A stretch of 48,549 nucleotides of DNA, taken from positions 1 to 48,549 of the forward strand of contig RFHE01000010.1 of the NCBI GenBank assembly GCA_003696445.1, written 5' to 3'. Origin of the DNA: Calditrichota bacterium (GTDB lineage: Bacteria; Calditrichota; Calditrichia; RBG-13-44-9; J042). The notes under the pieces were generated by a model. The model did not search any database. It had not been told where the DNA came from and saw nothing but the letters and a program-made list of their open reading frames with translations. The position numbers were made by a program, and so were the translations under genes. Shown one piece after another: positions 1-7,693 of this stretch. Within the stretch, counting starts at the first letter, position 1; the number at the start of each line of letters is the position of its first letter.

Positions 1-342
1 CCCAGCAACCGGATTTTCCTGCCACCGGGGGTACAACCCCGCTTCAACGACACGCTGATGGTGAGCATCCGCCGCTGGTTGCTCCGGAACGGGCAGGGCA
101 TTCTCAGCGTTTACGGGGGCCGGGATCCCTGGGGGTCCACCGGGCTGATTTTTCCCTCGGGGGATCCCAATAACCTGAGTCTGGTGAAGCCGGATGGTAA
201 TCATGCTACTCGAATCGGGAGTTTTTCGGAGGCCGAGCAGACCCGGGCGCGGGCCTTTTTGCGGCGCTGGCTGGGACTGGCGGAGCAGGAACCGAACCAT
301 CGGGCCAGCACAGGTCGGGCCGCCGGTGGAGGCGGTCGGTAG
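1..342 (+). CDS. Hypothetical protein, 3' fragment (5' end lies outside the window); weak resemblance to C-termini of secreted S28/S37-type serine peptidases
   Basis: Frame 1 is open from base 1 (PSNRIFLPPGVQPRFNDTLMVS...) through the stop at 340-342. The motif YGGRDPWGS recalls alpha/beta-hydrolase peptidase C-termini. The function is tentative. Confidence 0.5.
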   Translation, partial: PSNRIFLPPGVQPRFNDTLMVSIRRWLLRNGQGILSVYGGRDPWGSTGLIFPSGDPNNLSLVKPDGNHATRIGSFSEAEQTRARAFLRRWLGLAEQEPNHRASTGRAAGGGGR

Positions 343-392
343 GAAGGCAACACTTAAAGAGCGGAAAGCCCGCCGGGCGAGCTGGAGAGGCC

Positions 393-809
393 ATGGAAAA
401 CCACCGGATCTTACAATTTCTGGAACAGGGTCTGCAAGCGGCCCGAGCAGGCGATTATTTTGAAGCCCACGAGCACTGGGAAGATGCCTGGCGACAGATG
501 AGCGGCGCCAGCCGCACTTTCTGGCAGGCCATGATTCAGCTGGTTGCCGCGCTGGTTCATCTGGAGCGGGGCAATCCTCGGGGGTTTGCCCGCCTGTGCA
601 GCAAGGCGCTGGCACGCTGCCAGCAGCTGGAAGCAGACCGGCGGGTGGCCGATCTGCAACCGGTTCTGGCGCTGAAAACCCTCCTCCTGCGATTGCAGGA
701 AACCCCCGCCCCACAACCCGGTGACCTGGAAGCCGAACTCACGGCGTTTTTTCAGCAGATCGAGCTGGAAAACTGGCTGCGGCTGGATGGCAAAGGCCGG
801 TCCCCGTGA
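393..809 (+). CDS. DUF309 domain-containing protein
   Basis: N-terminal GDYFEAHEHWEDAWR and downstream IQLVAALVHLERGNPRG match the DUF309 signature (F-x-x-G-x-Y-F-E-x-H-E-x-x-E...W). Confidence 0.75.
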   Translation: MENHRILQFLEQGLQAARAGDYFEAHEHWEDAWRQMSGASRTFWQAMIQLVAALVHLERGNPRGFARLCSKALARCQQLEADRRVADLQPVLALKTLLLRLQETPAPQPGDLEAELTAFFQQIELENWLRLDGKGRSP

Positions 810-927
810 GACCGAATCCGGTTCCAAAAAAGGAAAAGGGATTTGCCGTTCTGGCGGCGGCCTTTAAATTTGGCCTTCTGATCGGCACAAAAGAAACCAA
901 CCGGAAAGACAAACTGGGAGCGGACCA

Positions 928-1875
928 ATGAAGCGAGTTCTGGTGACCGGCGGTGCGGGGTTTATCGGCTCCTACATTTGCGAACGTCTGCTGGACGAAG
1001 GCCACGAAGTGCTCTGCCTGGACAATTTTTTTACCGGCAGCCGGCGAAATATTCACCACCTGATGGACCACCTGAATTTTGAGTTGATCCGCCACGACAT
1101 TACCCAGCCCATCCTGCTGGAGGTGGATCAGATTTACCATTTCGCCTGCCCGGCCTCGCCGGTGTACTACCAGTACAATCCGGTAAAGACCATCAAAACC
1201 AACGTAATGGGCACCATTCACATGCTGGGGCTGGCCAAACGGGTGAAGGCCCGAATCATGCTGGCTTCCACTTCCGAGGTGTACGGCAATCCCCTGCAAC
1301 ACCCGCAAACCGAGTCCTACTGGGGCAACGTAAATCCCATCGGCCTGCGCAGCTGTTACGACGAGGGCAAGCGGGTGGCCGAGACGCTGATGATGGACTA
1401 CCACCGTCAGAACGGGGTAGATATCAAAATCGTGCGTATTTTCAACACCTACGGCCCCAGGATGGCAGTAAACGACGGGCGGGTGGTGAGCAACTTTATC
1501 GTGCAGGCCCTGAAAGGCGAGGACCTTACCATCTACGGGGATGGTTCCCAGACCCGGGCCTTCTGCTACATCGATGACCTGCTGGAGGGCATTTTCCGGA
1601 TGATGGCGGTGGAGAATTTCACCGGGCCGGTCAATCTGGGCAACCCGGCGGAATTTACCATTCGCGAGCTGGCCGAAAAGGTGATTGAACTGACCGGGTC
1701 TCGCTCGCGAATTAAACACCTGCCTCTGCCTGCAGACGATCCGACCCAGCGTCGCCCGGATATTGCTCTGGCCCGAGAAAAACTGGGCTGGGAACCGAAA
1801 ATCCCGCTGGAGGAAGGGCTGAAACACACCATTCTGTACTTTGAGCGCGTTTTAAGCAAAGGCGATCCTGCCTGA
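928..1875 (+). CDS. uxs: UDP-glucuronate decarboxylase (UDP-xylose synthase), extended SDR
   Basis: Carries [13 protein letters not shown] (Rossmann), [20 protein letters not shown] and YDEGKRVAE (YxxxK). Length is 315 aa. Collinear with UXS/ArnA-decarboxylase-type enzymes. Confidence 0.9.
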   Translation: MKRVLVTGGAGFIGSYICERLLDEGHEVLCLDNFFTGSRRNIHHLMDHLNFELIRHDITQPILLEVDQIYHFACPASPVYYQYNPVKTIKTNVMGTIHMLGLAKRVKARIMLASTSEVYGNPLQHPQTESYWGNVNPIGLRSCYDEGKRVAETLMMDYHRQNGVDIKIVRIFNTYGPRMAVNDGRVVSNFIVQALKGEDLTIYGDGSQTRAFCYIDDLLEGIFRMMAVENFTGPVNLGNPAEFTIRELAEKVIELTGSRSRIKHLPLPADDPTQRRPDIALAREKLGWEPKIPLEEGLKHTILYFERVLSKGDPA

Positions 1876-1926
1876 CCGTGGCGACCGGAATTTGCAAAAC
1901 CCAGAACGCATTTTGAGGAGAGGTTC

Positions 1927-2382
1927 ATGATCGAAGGCGTCAAGATCAAGCAACTGCGCTTCATCCCCGACGAGCGGGGCCGGCTGATGGAAATTTTGCG
2001 GGACGATGAAGACATGTTCGAGAAATTCGGGCAGGTGTATCTGACCACCACGTACCCGCAGGTGATCAAGGCCTGGCATTTTCATAAGCTGCAGGACGAT
2101 CATTTTGTCTGCATCAAGGGGATGGTCAAACTGGTGCTGTTCGATTCGCGGAAAGATTCACCCACCGAAGGTGAAATCAACGAATTTTTCATTGGCGAGC
2201 ACAATTTACAGCTGATCAGGGTGCCCAAGCTGGTTTACCACGGCTGGAAGTGCATCTCTGAGACAGAAGCCTGGGTGTTGAACATTCCCACCATGCATTA
2301 CAACTACGACAATCCGGACGAGTATCGCCTGCCCTGGAATACGGACAAAATTCCCTACGACTGGTCCATCCGGATGGGCTGA
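1927..2382 (+). CDS. dTDP-4-dehydrorhamnose 3,5-epimerase-like cupin (short RmlC family)
   Basis: Carries IPDERGRLMEI, WHFHK (equivalent to RGLHYQ), DSRKDSPTEGE (compare DxRxxSPTxG) and YHGW. It lies 51 nt downstream of uxs with an AGGAG-like box. Confidence 0.75.
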   Translation: MIEGVKIKQLRFIPDERGRLMEILRDDEDMFEKFGQVYLTTTYPQVIKAWHFHKLQDDHFVCIKGMVKLVLFDSRKDSPTEGEINEFFIGEHNLQLIRVPKLVYHGWKCISETEAWVLNIPTMHYNYDNPDEYRLPWNTDKIPYDWSIRMG

Positions 2383-3425
2383 TGGCCCTCCCGGTACAGC
2401 CAGCACCACACGGTGTGGCCGGTCTGCGGACTATGGGCGGGCGGAAATTCCGTCTGGCAATGGGGGAGCCGTTGAGGGCACCGGCTGTAGAATGGGCAGC
2501 CGGGTGGGCGGCGGGTGGCGGAAGGAATCTCGCCATGCAGCACAATGCGCTCCCGCTTTCTGCCCGGCTCGGCTACCGGAATGGCGCTCAGCAGCGCCCG
2601 GGTGTAGGGATGGAGCGGCTGTGAGAAGATGCGCTCCGCCTCCCCCCGCTCCACAATTTTCCCCAGATACATGATAAGCACTTCGTCGCACATGTGGTAC
2701 ACCACGCTCAGGTCGTGGGAGATGAACAGCATGGCCAGCTGATTTTTCTGCTGAATGGTTTTCAGCAGGTGGAGGATCTGCGCCTGAATGGACACATCCA
2801 GGGCGGAGACCGGTTCATCGCAGACCAGCACCCTGGGTTCCACAGCCAGCGCCCGGGCGATGCAGAGCCGCTGGCGCTGGCCGCCGGAGAATTCGAAGGG
2901 GAAGCGATGACGGCTTTCGGCGGGCAGGCCCACCTGCTCCAGCAACTGCACCAGCCGTTCTTCCATCTGGCTGCAGCCGGCCAGGCGATGCACCTTCAGT
3001 ACCTCCCGGAGCATGCTGTCCACCCGCTTGCGCGGGTTCAGTGCCGCGTAGGGGTTCTGGAACACCATCTGAACCTGGCGATGGTAGGCACGCAGTGCTG
3101 CGCCGCGAAATCGGGTCACATCCTGCCCGTCGTACAACACCTGGCCGCTATCGGGAAGCTCCAGGCGGCAGATGAGTTTGCCCACCGTGCTCTTTCCGGA
3201 ACCCGATTCACCGACCAGACCCACCGTGCGACCGGGCGTCAGCTGGAGGTCCACCCCGTTCACCGCATAAACCCAGTGCCGGGAAGGACCCAACAGGCGC
3301 TGCTGCAGGGGAAAGGCCTTGTAAACTGCCCGGAGCTGCACCAGGGGAGCCCCGGCTTCCCCGGGCGTCGAATGCCTCTTTTTTGTTCCGGAAAGTTGTG
3401 CGCTCATCTCCAGATCCAGTTTCAA
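2355..3425 (-). CDS. Opp/Dpp-family ABC transporter ATP-binding protein with no permease or binding-protein gene nearby
   Basis: Walker A GESGSGKST, signature FSGGQRQR, Walker B VLVCDEPVSALD, H-loop ISHDL. The Cys-rich oligopeptide/dipeptide C-terminal domain is present (CPFYSRCPQRLPHC...WCW). The true start may be the internal MSAQ. Confidence 0.9.
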   Translation of the reverse strand: MKLDLEMSAQLSGTKKRHSTPGEAGAPLVQLRAVYKAFPLQQRLLGPSRHWVYAVNGVDLQLTPGRTVGLVGESGSGKSTVGKLICRLELPDSGQVLYDGQDVTRFRGAALRAYHRQVQMVFQNPYAALNPRKRVDSMLREVLKVHRLAGCSQMEERLVQLLEQVGLPAESRHRFPFEFSGGQRQRLCIARALAVEPRVLVCDEPVSALDVSIQAQILHLLKTIQQKNQLAMLFISHDLSVVYHMCDEVLIMYLGKIVERGEAERIFSQPLHPYTRALLSAIPVAEPGRKRERIVLHGEIPSATRRPPGCPFYSRCPQRLPHCQTEFPPAHSPQTGHTVWCWLYREGHQPIRMDQS

Positions 3426-3473
3426 CGGTGCTTTCTGTTACCGGGCGAATGGCAGAGGAGGCTCTTCCCCGGC

Positions 3474-4928
3474 CTATTTTTCCCAGAACGCCCTGGTGAA
3501 TAGAATGACGACGGTAAAAATTTCCAGGCGGCCCAGCAACATCATCCAGAAAAGGACCCACTTCCCCAGGAGGGGAATGTGGGCATAGTTGTCCGTGGGT
3601 CCCACACTTCCCAGCCCGGGACCGATGTTCCCCAGGCAGGCCGCCACGCTGCCCAGGGCTGAAATCAGGTCCAGACCCAGCGCGGCCATGATCCAGACGG
3701 CGGTGGCAAACAGCAGGATGTAAAGCACAAAAAAGCCCATCACATGGGTGAGCACATCCGGGGGAACCGGCCTGCGTCCCACCTGCACGGGGACCACCGC
3801 CCGGGGGTGGATAAGTCGTTTGATTTCGGCAAAAACAATTTTCAGCAGCACCAGCAATCGAATTACCTTCATCCCGCCGCCGGTGGAACCGGCACACCCC
3901 CCGATGAACATCAGGGTAAACAGAATGTACTGGCTGGAAGAGCTCCACTGTTCGTAATCGGCGGTGCCGTAGCCGGTGGTGGTCATGATGGAGGTGGCCT
4001 GGAACAGCGCCTGGCGGAATCCCAGACCGGTAGAAACCGGCTGGTGGCGGAGCACATCCCAGGCGATCAGCAGGGTGGCCAGCCCCAGCAGACTCAGGTA
4101 AAACTTGAATTCAGCATTGCGCCAGTAGGCCCGCCAGTCCCCTTTCATGAAGCGGTAATGAAGTGAAAAGTTGGCCCCGGCCAGGATCATAAACAGGACA
4201 ACGACGTAGTCGATAAAAGCGCTCCCGTAGGCACCGATGCTGGCGTTGCGGGTAGAAAAGCCGCCGGTGGCCATGGTGCCGAAGGTATGGCAGAGAGCTT
4301 CAAAAAAATTCATGCCCCCCAGCATCAACAGGCCGGTTTCCAGCGCTGAAAACAGCACGTACACGCCCCACAGAATTTTGGCCGTTTCGGCAATGCGCGG
4401 GGTCAGTTTATCGGCTACCGGCCCGGGGGCTTCGGCTTTGAACATCTGCATCCCCCCTACCCCCAGGAAGGGCAAAATAGCGATGCTGAGCACCACAATG
4501 CCCATCCCTCCCAGCCAGTGGGTGAGGCTACGCCAGTAAAGGATGCTGTGGGGCAGCTGCTCGATCTCTTTGAGAATGGTGGCACCGGTGGTGGTGAAGC
4601 CGGACATGGTTTCGAAGAAAGCATCGGTAACGGCGGGAATGGCTCCGGAAAGCAAAAAAGGCAGCGAGCCGAAGGCAGCTGCCACCAGCCAGCCCAGGGC
4701 CACCACGGCAAAGCCTTCTCTGGGCCGCAGATCCTGCTCCACCGGCCCTTTTACCCGGGTCAGAAAATACACCGATGCTCCGGTTCCACCGGACAGGAGG
4801 GCACTGACCAGAATGGCCAGATGGGCGCCGTCCCGAAAATAGAATGAAAACGGTAGGGCGGTGAGCATGGCCGCCGCCAGCGCCATGACAAGCACACTGA
4901 GCACATGGAAAACCAGTTGCAGGTGCAT
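3474..4928 (-). CDS. trkH: Trk-type K+ uptake membrane subunit TrkH
   Basis: 484 aa polytopic protein with four selectivity-filter-like repeats (GFTTTGATIL, MATGGFSTRNAS, IMTTTGYGTADY, CAGSTGGGMKV). Confidence 0.9.
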   Translation of the reverse strand: MHLQLVFHVLSVLVMALAAAMLTALPFSFYFRDGAHLAILVSALLSGGTGASVYFLTRVKGPVEQDLRPREGFAVVALGWLVAAAFGSLPFLLSGAIPAVTDAFFETMSGFTTTGATILKEIEQLPHSILYWRSLTHWLGGMGIVVLSIAILPFLGVGGMQMFKAEAPGPVADKLTPRIAETAKILWGVYVLFSALETGLLMLGGMNFFEALCHTFGTMATGGFSTRNASIGAYGSAFIDYVVVLFMILAGANFSLHYRFMKGDWRAYWRNAEFKFYLSLLGLATLLIAWDVLRHQPVSTGLGFRQALFQATSIMTTTGYGTADYEQWSSSSQYILFTLMFIGGCAGSTGGGMKVIRLLVLLKIVFAEIKRLIHPRAVVPVQVGRRPVPPDVLTHVMGFFVLYILLFATAVWIMAALGLDLISALGSVAACLGNIGPGLGSVGPTDNYAHIPLLGKWVLFWMMLLGRLEIFTVVILFTRAFWEK

Positions 4929-5110
4929 GTTCCGGTCTGAAGCCGTTTTTCGGTTTCGTGTAATTGCGAACGATTAATTTAGAAACCGGGTCGCAATTTT
5001 ACAGGCCATTTGAAAAATTTGCCCGCTGCGGCCAGGCCCCGAGGCTCGGTGAGGAAGAAGGTCCTCGCCCAATGGCGGTCTCCAACGCAGGCCTTTTCCC
5101 GGGACCTCTG

Positions 5111-6451
5111 CTAATCGAAATAGCGGGAAAGGTTGTGTAGCGCTACCGGCAGACTGAATACCACCACCCTGTCCCCCGGCTGAATTCGGGTATCTCCCTT
5201 GGGGATGATCAGGCGGCCGTCGTGAAGCACGGCGCCGACGATGGCCCCTTTGGGGAAGTTCAGGTCTTTGATGGGCTTGCGGGTGATTCTGGACCCTTTT
5301 GCAGCCACAAATTCAATCACCTCGGCATCGATGCCGGGTAGGCTGGCCAGTTCGGCAATCTGGTGGTGGCGGATGAAGCGCTGCACGGCATTTACTGTGA
5401 TCAGCTGCTTGCTGACCACTGCATCCATCCCGATGGTGGGGGTAATGGGCAGGTACTCTACCTTGTTGACCAGGGCAATGGTTCGGGGCACGCGCAGATG
5501 CCGGGCGACCAGGGTAGCAATAATGTTGGTTTCGTCATCGCCGGTAACGGCGATGAAGGCGTCCATGTCGGTGATGCCTTCCAGGGCCAGCAAATCGATG
5601 TCGGTCCCATCCCCGTGGATGATGAGGGCTCGGGGCAGGATCTCCGCGATCTCCTGGCTTCGCTCCGCATTGCTTTCGATGATTTTCACGTGAATGGATT
5701 CGCTGAGTTCGCGCGCAATGAACTGGCCGATCAGGCCCCCGCCCAGGATCATGACGTTTTCGATTCGCGTATCGGCTTTGCCGGCCAGCCTGACAAACTC
5801 GGGCAAATAACCGGGATCGCAGACGATAAACACCTGATCGCCCTCCACCAGCACATCGTCACCCCGGGGGATGACGGTGGTTACCCGGCGGTGGATGGCC
5901 ACAATGCGCATGGGCGGATCGCCGTAGCGCCCGGTCAATTCCTTGAGGGGAATGCGCAGCAGAGGGGATTCCCGTTCCAGGCGAATGCCCACAATTTGCA
6001 CCTTGCCCTGTTCAAACTCAATCACATCGGTGGCCCCGGCCCGGCGGATCAGCCGGATAACGGCATCGGCGGTCTCCTTTTCGGGGTGGATAATTCGGTC
6101 CACGCCCAGCTCTTCGGGGGTCAAAACAAAATCAGAGAGGGTCAATTCCGGGTTGCGGACCCGAGCGATGGTCCGTGCCACTCCCAGTTTTTTGGCCAGC
6201 TTGCAGCCCAATAGGTTGACCTCGTCGTTATTGGTGAGGGCGGCAAAAATTTCGGCATGTTCCACATCGGCTCGGCGCAATGCCCTCAGGCTGGCACCGT
6301 GGTCTTCCACCACCAGGGCATCCAGCTGTTCGCGAGCCCGCCGGGCGCGCTCCGGGTCACATTCGATGATGGTAATGTCGTGCTTTTCGGCGGACAGGCG
6401 GCGAGCCAGTTGGAAGCCAACCGAGCCCGCGCCACTGATCAGAACCTTCAT
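5111..6451 (-). CDS. trkA: Trk system NAD-binding peripheral subunit TrkA (two RCK/KTN modules)
   Basis: Two Rossmann motifs (ISGAGSVGFQLARRL and ILGGGLIGQFIAREL), each followed by a TrkA-C-like segment. Length is 446 aa. Confidence 0.92.
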   Translation of the reverse strand: MKVLISGAGSVGFQLARRLSAEKHDITIIECDPERARRAREQLDALVVEDHGASLRALRRADVEHAEIFAALTNNDEVNLLGCKLAKKLGVARTIARVRNPELTLSDFVLTPEELGVDRIIHPEKETADAVIRLIRRAGATDVIEFEQGKVQIVGIRLERESPLLRIPLKELTGRYGDPPMRIVAIHRRVTTVIPRGDDVLVEGDQVFIVCDPGYLPEFVRLAGKADTRIENVMILGGGLIGQFIARELSESIHVKIIESNAERSQEIAEILPRALIIHGDGTDIDLLALEGITDMDAFIAVTGDDETNIIATLVARHLRVPRTIALVNKVEYLPITPTIGMDAVVSKQLITVNAVQRFIRHHQIAELASLPGIDAEVIEFVAAKGSRITRKPIKDLNFPKGAIVGAVLHDGRLIIPKGDTRIQPGDRVVVFSLPVALHNLSRYFD

Positions 6452-6477
6452 GGGTAATCGCTCCGGTGTGCCGAACC

Positions 6478-7524
6478 CTAGACGTGGGCGGCCTGTTGCC
6501 AGACCTGCCGGCAGGCCTCCAGGGCAAAGGCAACATCCTCCATACTCACATCCAGATGGGTGACTGCCCGGATTCGACCCGGAGCAATATTCAGCACCAG
6601 TACCCCCTGTTCCCTGAGCAGAGCAACCAGGCGTTCCGCGGGCACAACCGCTTCGTCCAAGTCAAAAATCACGATATTGGTCTGCACCGTTTCCAGGTCC
6701 AATTTCACGCCAGGCAGCTGGCTCAGGCCTTCGGCCAGCAGGCGTGCCTTTCGATGGTCCTCTTCCAGGCGGGAGAAATTGTTCTCGATGGCATAGATGG
6801 CGGCGGCGGCCAGAACACCGGCCTGGCGCAATCCCCCTCCGTAGGCCTTCCGGTAATAGTGCGCCCGCTGGATAAAATCCCGATCCCCGGCTACGATGGA
6901 GCCCACCGGGCAGCCCAGCCCTTTGGAAAAGCACATGGAGACCGAATCGAAGTACTGGCAGTATTCCCGGATGGAGATGCCAGTGGCCACCGATGCGTTC
7001 CACAGGCGCGCGCCGTCCAGGTGCATGCGCAGGCCTCTCTGGCGGGCAAACTGGCTGATGCGGGCCATCTCCTCCAGCGGAAAGATGGTGCCCCCTGCGC
7101 GATTGTGGGTGTTCTCGATACAGATCAGCCGCGTCTGCGGGTGATGCACATTGGGCGGGCGTACGGCCTGCTCCACCTGCTCCAGGGTAAACGCGCCATG
7201 CTTACCGTCGATGGGGTAAAGCTGAACGCCGGAAAGCAGGGCCGGCGACCCACATTCGTAATTGAAGATGTGGCTGCCCCGTTCAACGATAACCTCCTCT
7301 CCCGGACGGGTGTGGGCGTTGATGCACACCTGATTGCCCTGCGTCCCACTGGTGACAAACAGGGCCGCCTCCTTGCCGGTCATTTCGGCCACCATTTCCT
7401 GGAGTTGATTGACGGTAGGATCTTCCCCGAACACATCGTCGCCCACCCGCGCCGTCATCATCACCTGCCGCATTTCTGCTGAGGGGCGTGTTACCGTGTC
7501 GCTTCGCAAGTCCACCACCCGCAT
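6478..7524 (-). CDS. ltaE: Low-specificity L-threonine aldolase (PLP-dependent)
   Basis: Carries MRVVDLRSDTVTRPS, GTQGNQ and the PLP-lysine context CFSKGLGCPVGS. The start is trimmed from the ORF-track 7578 to the ATG at 7524, which matches the family N-terminus. Confidence 0.85.
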   Translation of the reverse strand: MRVVDLRSDTVTRPSAEMRQVMMTARVGDDVFGEDPTVNQLQEMVAEMTGKEAALFVTSGTQGNQVCINAHTRPGEEVIVERGSHIFNYECGSPALLSGVQLYPIDGKHGAFTLEQVEQAVRPPNVHHPQTRLICIENTHNRAGGTIFPLEEMARISQFARQRGLRMHLDGARLWNASVATGISIREYCQYFDSVSMCFSKGLGCPVGSIVAGDRDFIQRAHYYRKAYGGGLRQAGVLAAAAIYAIENNFSRLEEDHRKARLLAEGLSQLPGVKLDLETVQTNIVIFDLDEAVVPAERLVALLREQGVLVLNIAPGRIRAVTHLDVSMEDVAFALEACRQVWQQAAHV

Positions 7525-7693
7525 AAGGCCTCCTGTCTGTCTTCGGTTCGGCAAAAAATACAGAAGGCCCTGGCTCAAAGCAACTTGTGGAGCAGGAAAA
7601 TAGGTCCTGGGCAGCCCAGGGGACTGAAATAGGGCGGAAGCCCCTCAGCACTGTCCCTCCCCTCTCAGTCCACAGGACGGATGGCGGGCAAGT

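Noticed and set aside
739-1827. 362-aa minus-strand ORF opposite the UDP-glucuronate decarboxylase gene
   Set aside because: This is an antisense shadow ORF. It has no recognisable motif and a skewed Gly/Arg/Pro/Val composition typical of the reverse frame of GC-rich genes. The plus-strand ORF carries unambiguous SDR/UXS motifs.
2355-2382. 28-nt convergent 3' overlap of the RmlC-like gene and the ABC ATPase gene
   Set aside because: The overlap is real in the ORF map, but it only involves non-conserved C-terminal tails. Convergent overlaps of this size are common in compact genomes.
2694-3503. 269-aa plus-strand ORF opposite the ABC ATPase gene
   Set aside because: This is a shadow ORF. The minus strand encodes complete Walker A, signature and Walker B motifs.
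4929-5110. c-di-AMP (ydaO-type) riboswitch upstream of trkH
   Set aside because: I could not find the conserved ACGGGGA/CCCGAA-type core elements by eye. It is reported only as an unexplained long spacer, and a covariance-model scan is needed.
5363-7482. Long plus-strand ORFs (5363-6214, 5943-6563, 6466-7482) opposite trkA and ltaE
   Set aside because: These are shadow ORFs with low-complexity composition. The minus strand holds the motif-bearing genes.
7604-7618. CCTGGG-CAG-CCCAGG hairpin downstream of gpgS-EIIA as a terminator
   Set aside because: It has only a 6-bp stem, a 3-nt loop and a poor U-tract, which is not enough to annotate it.
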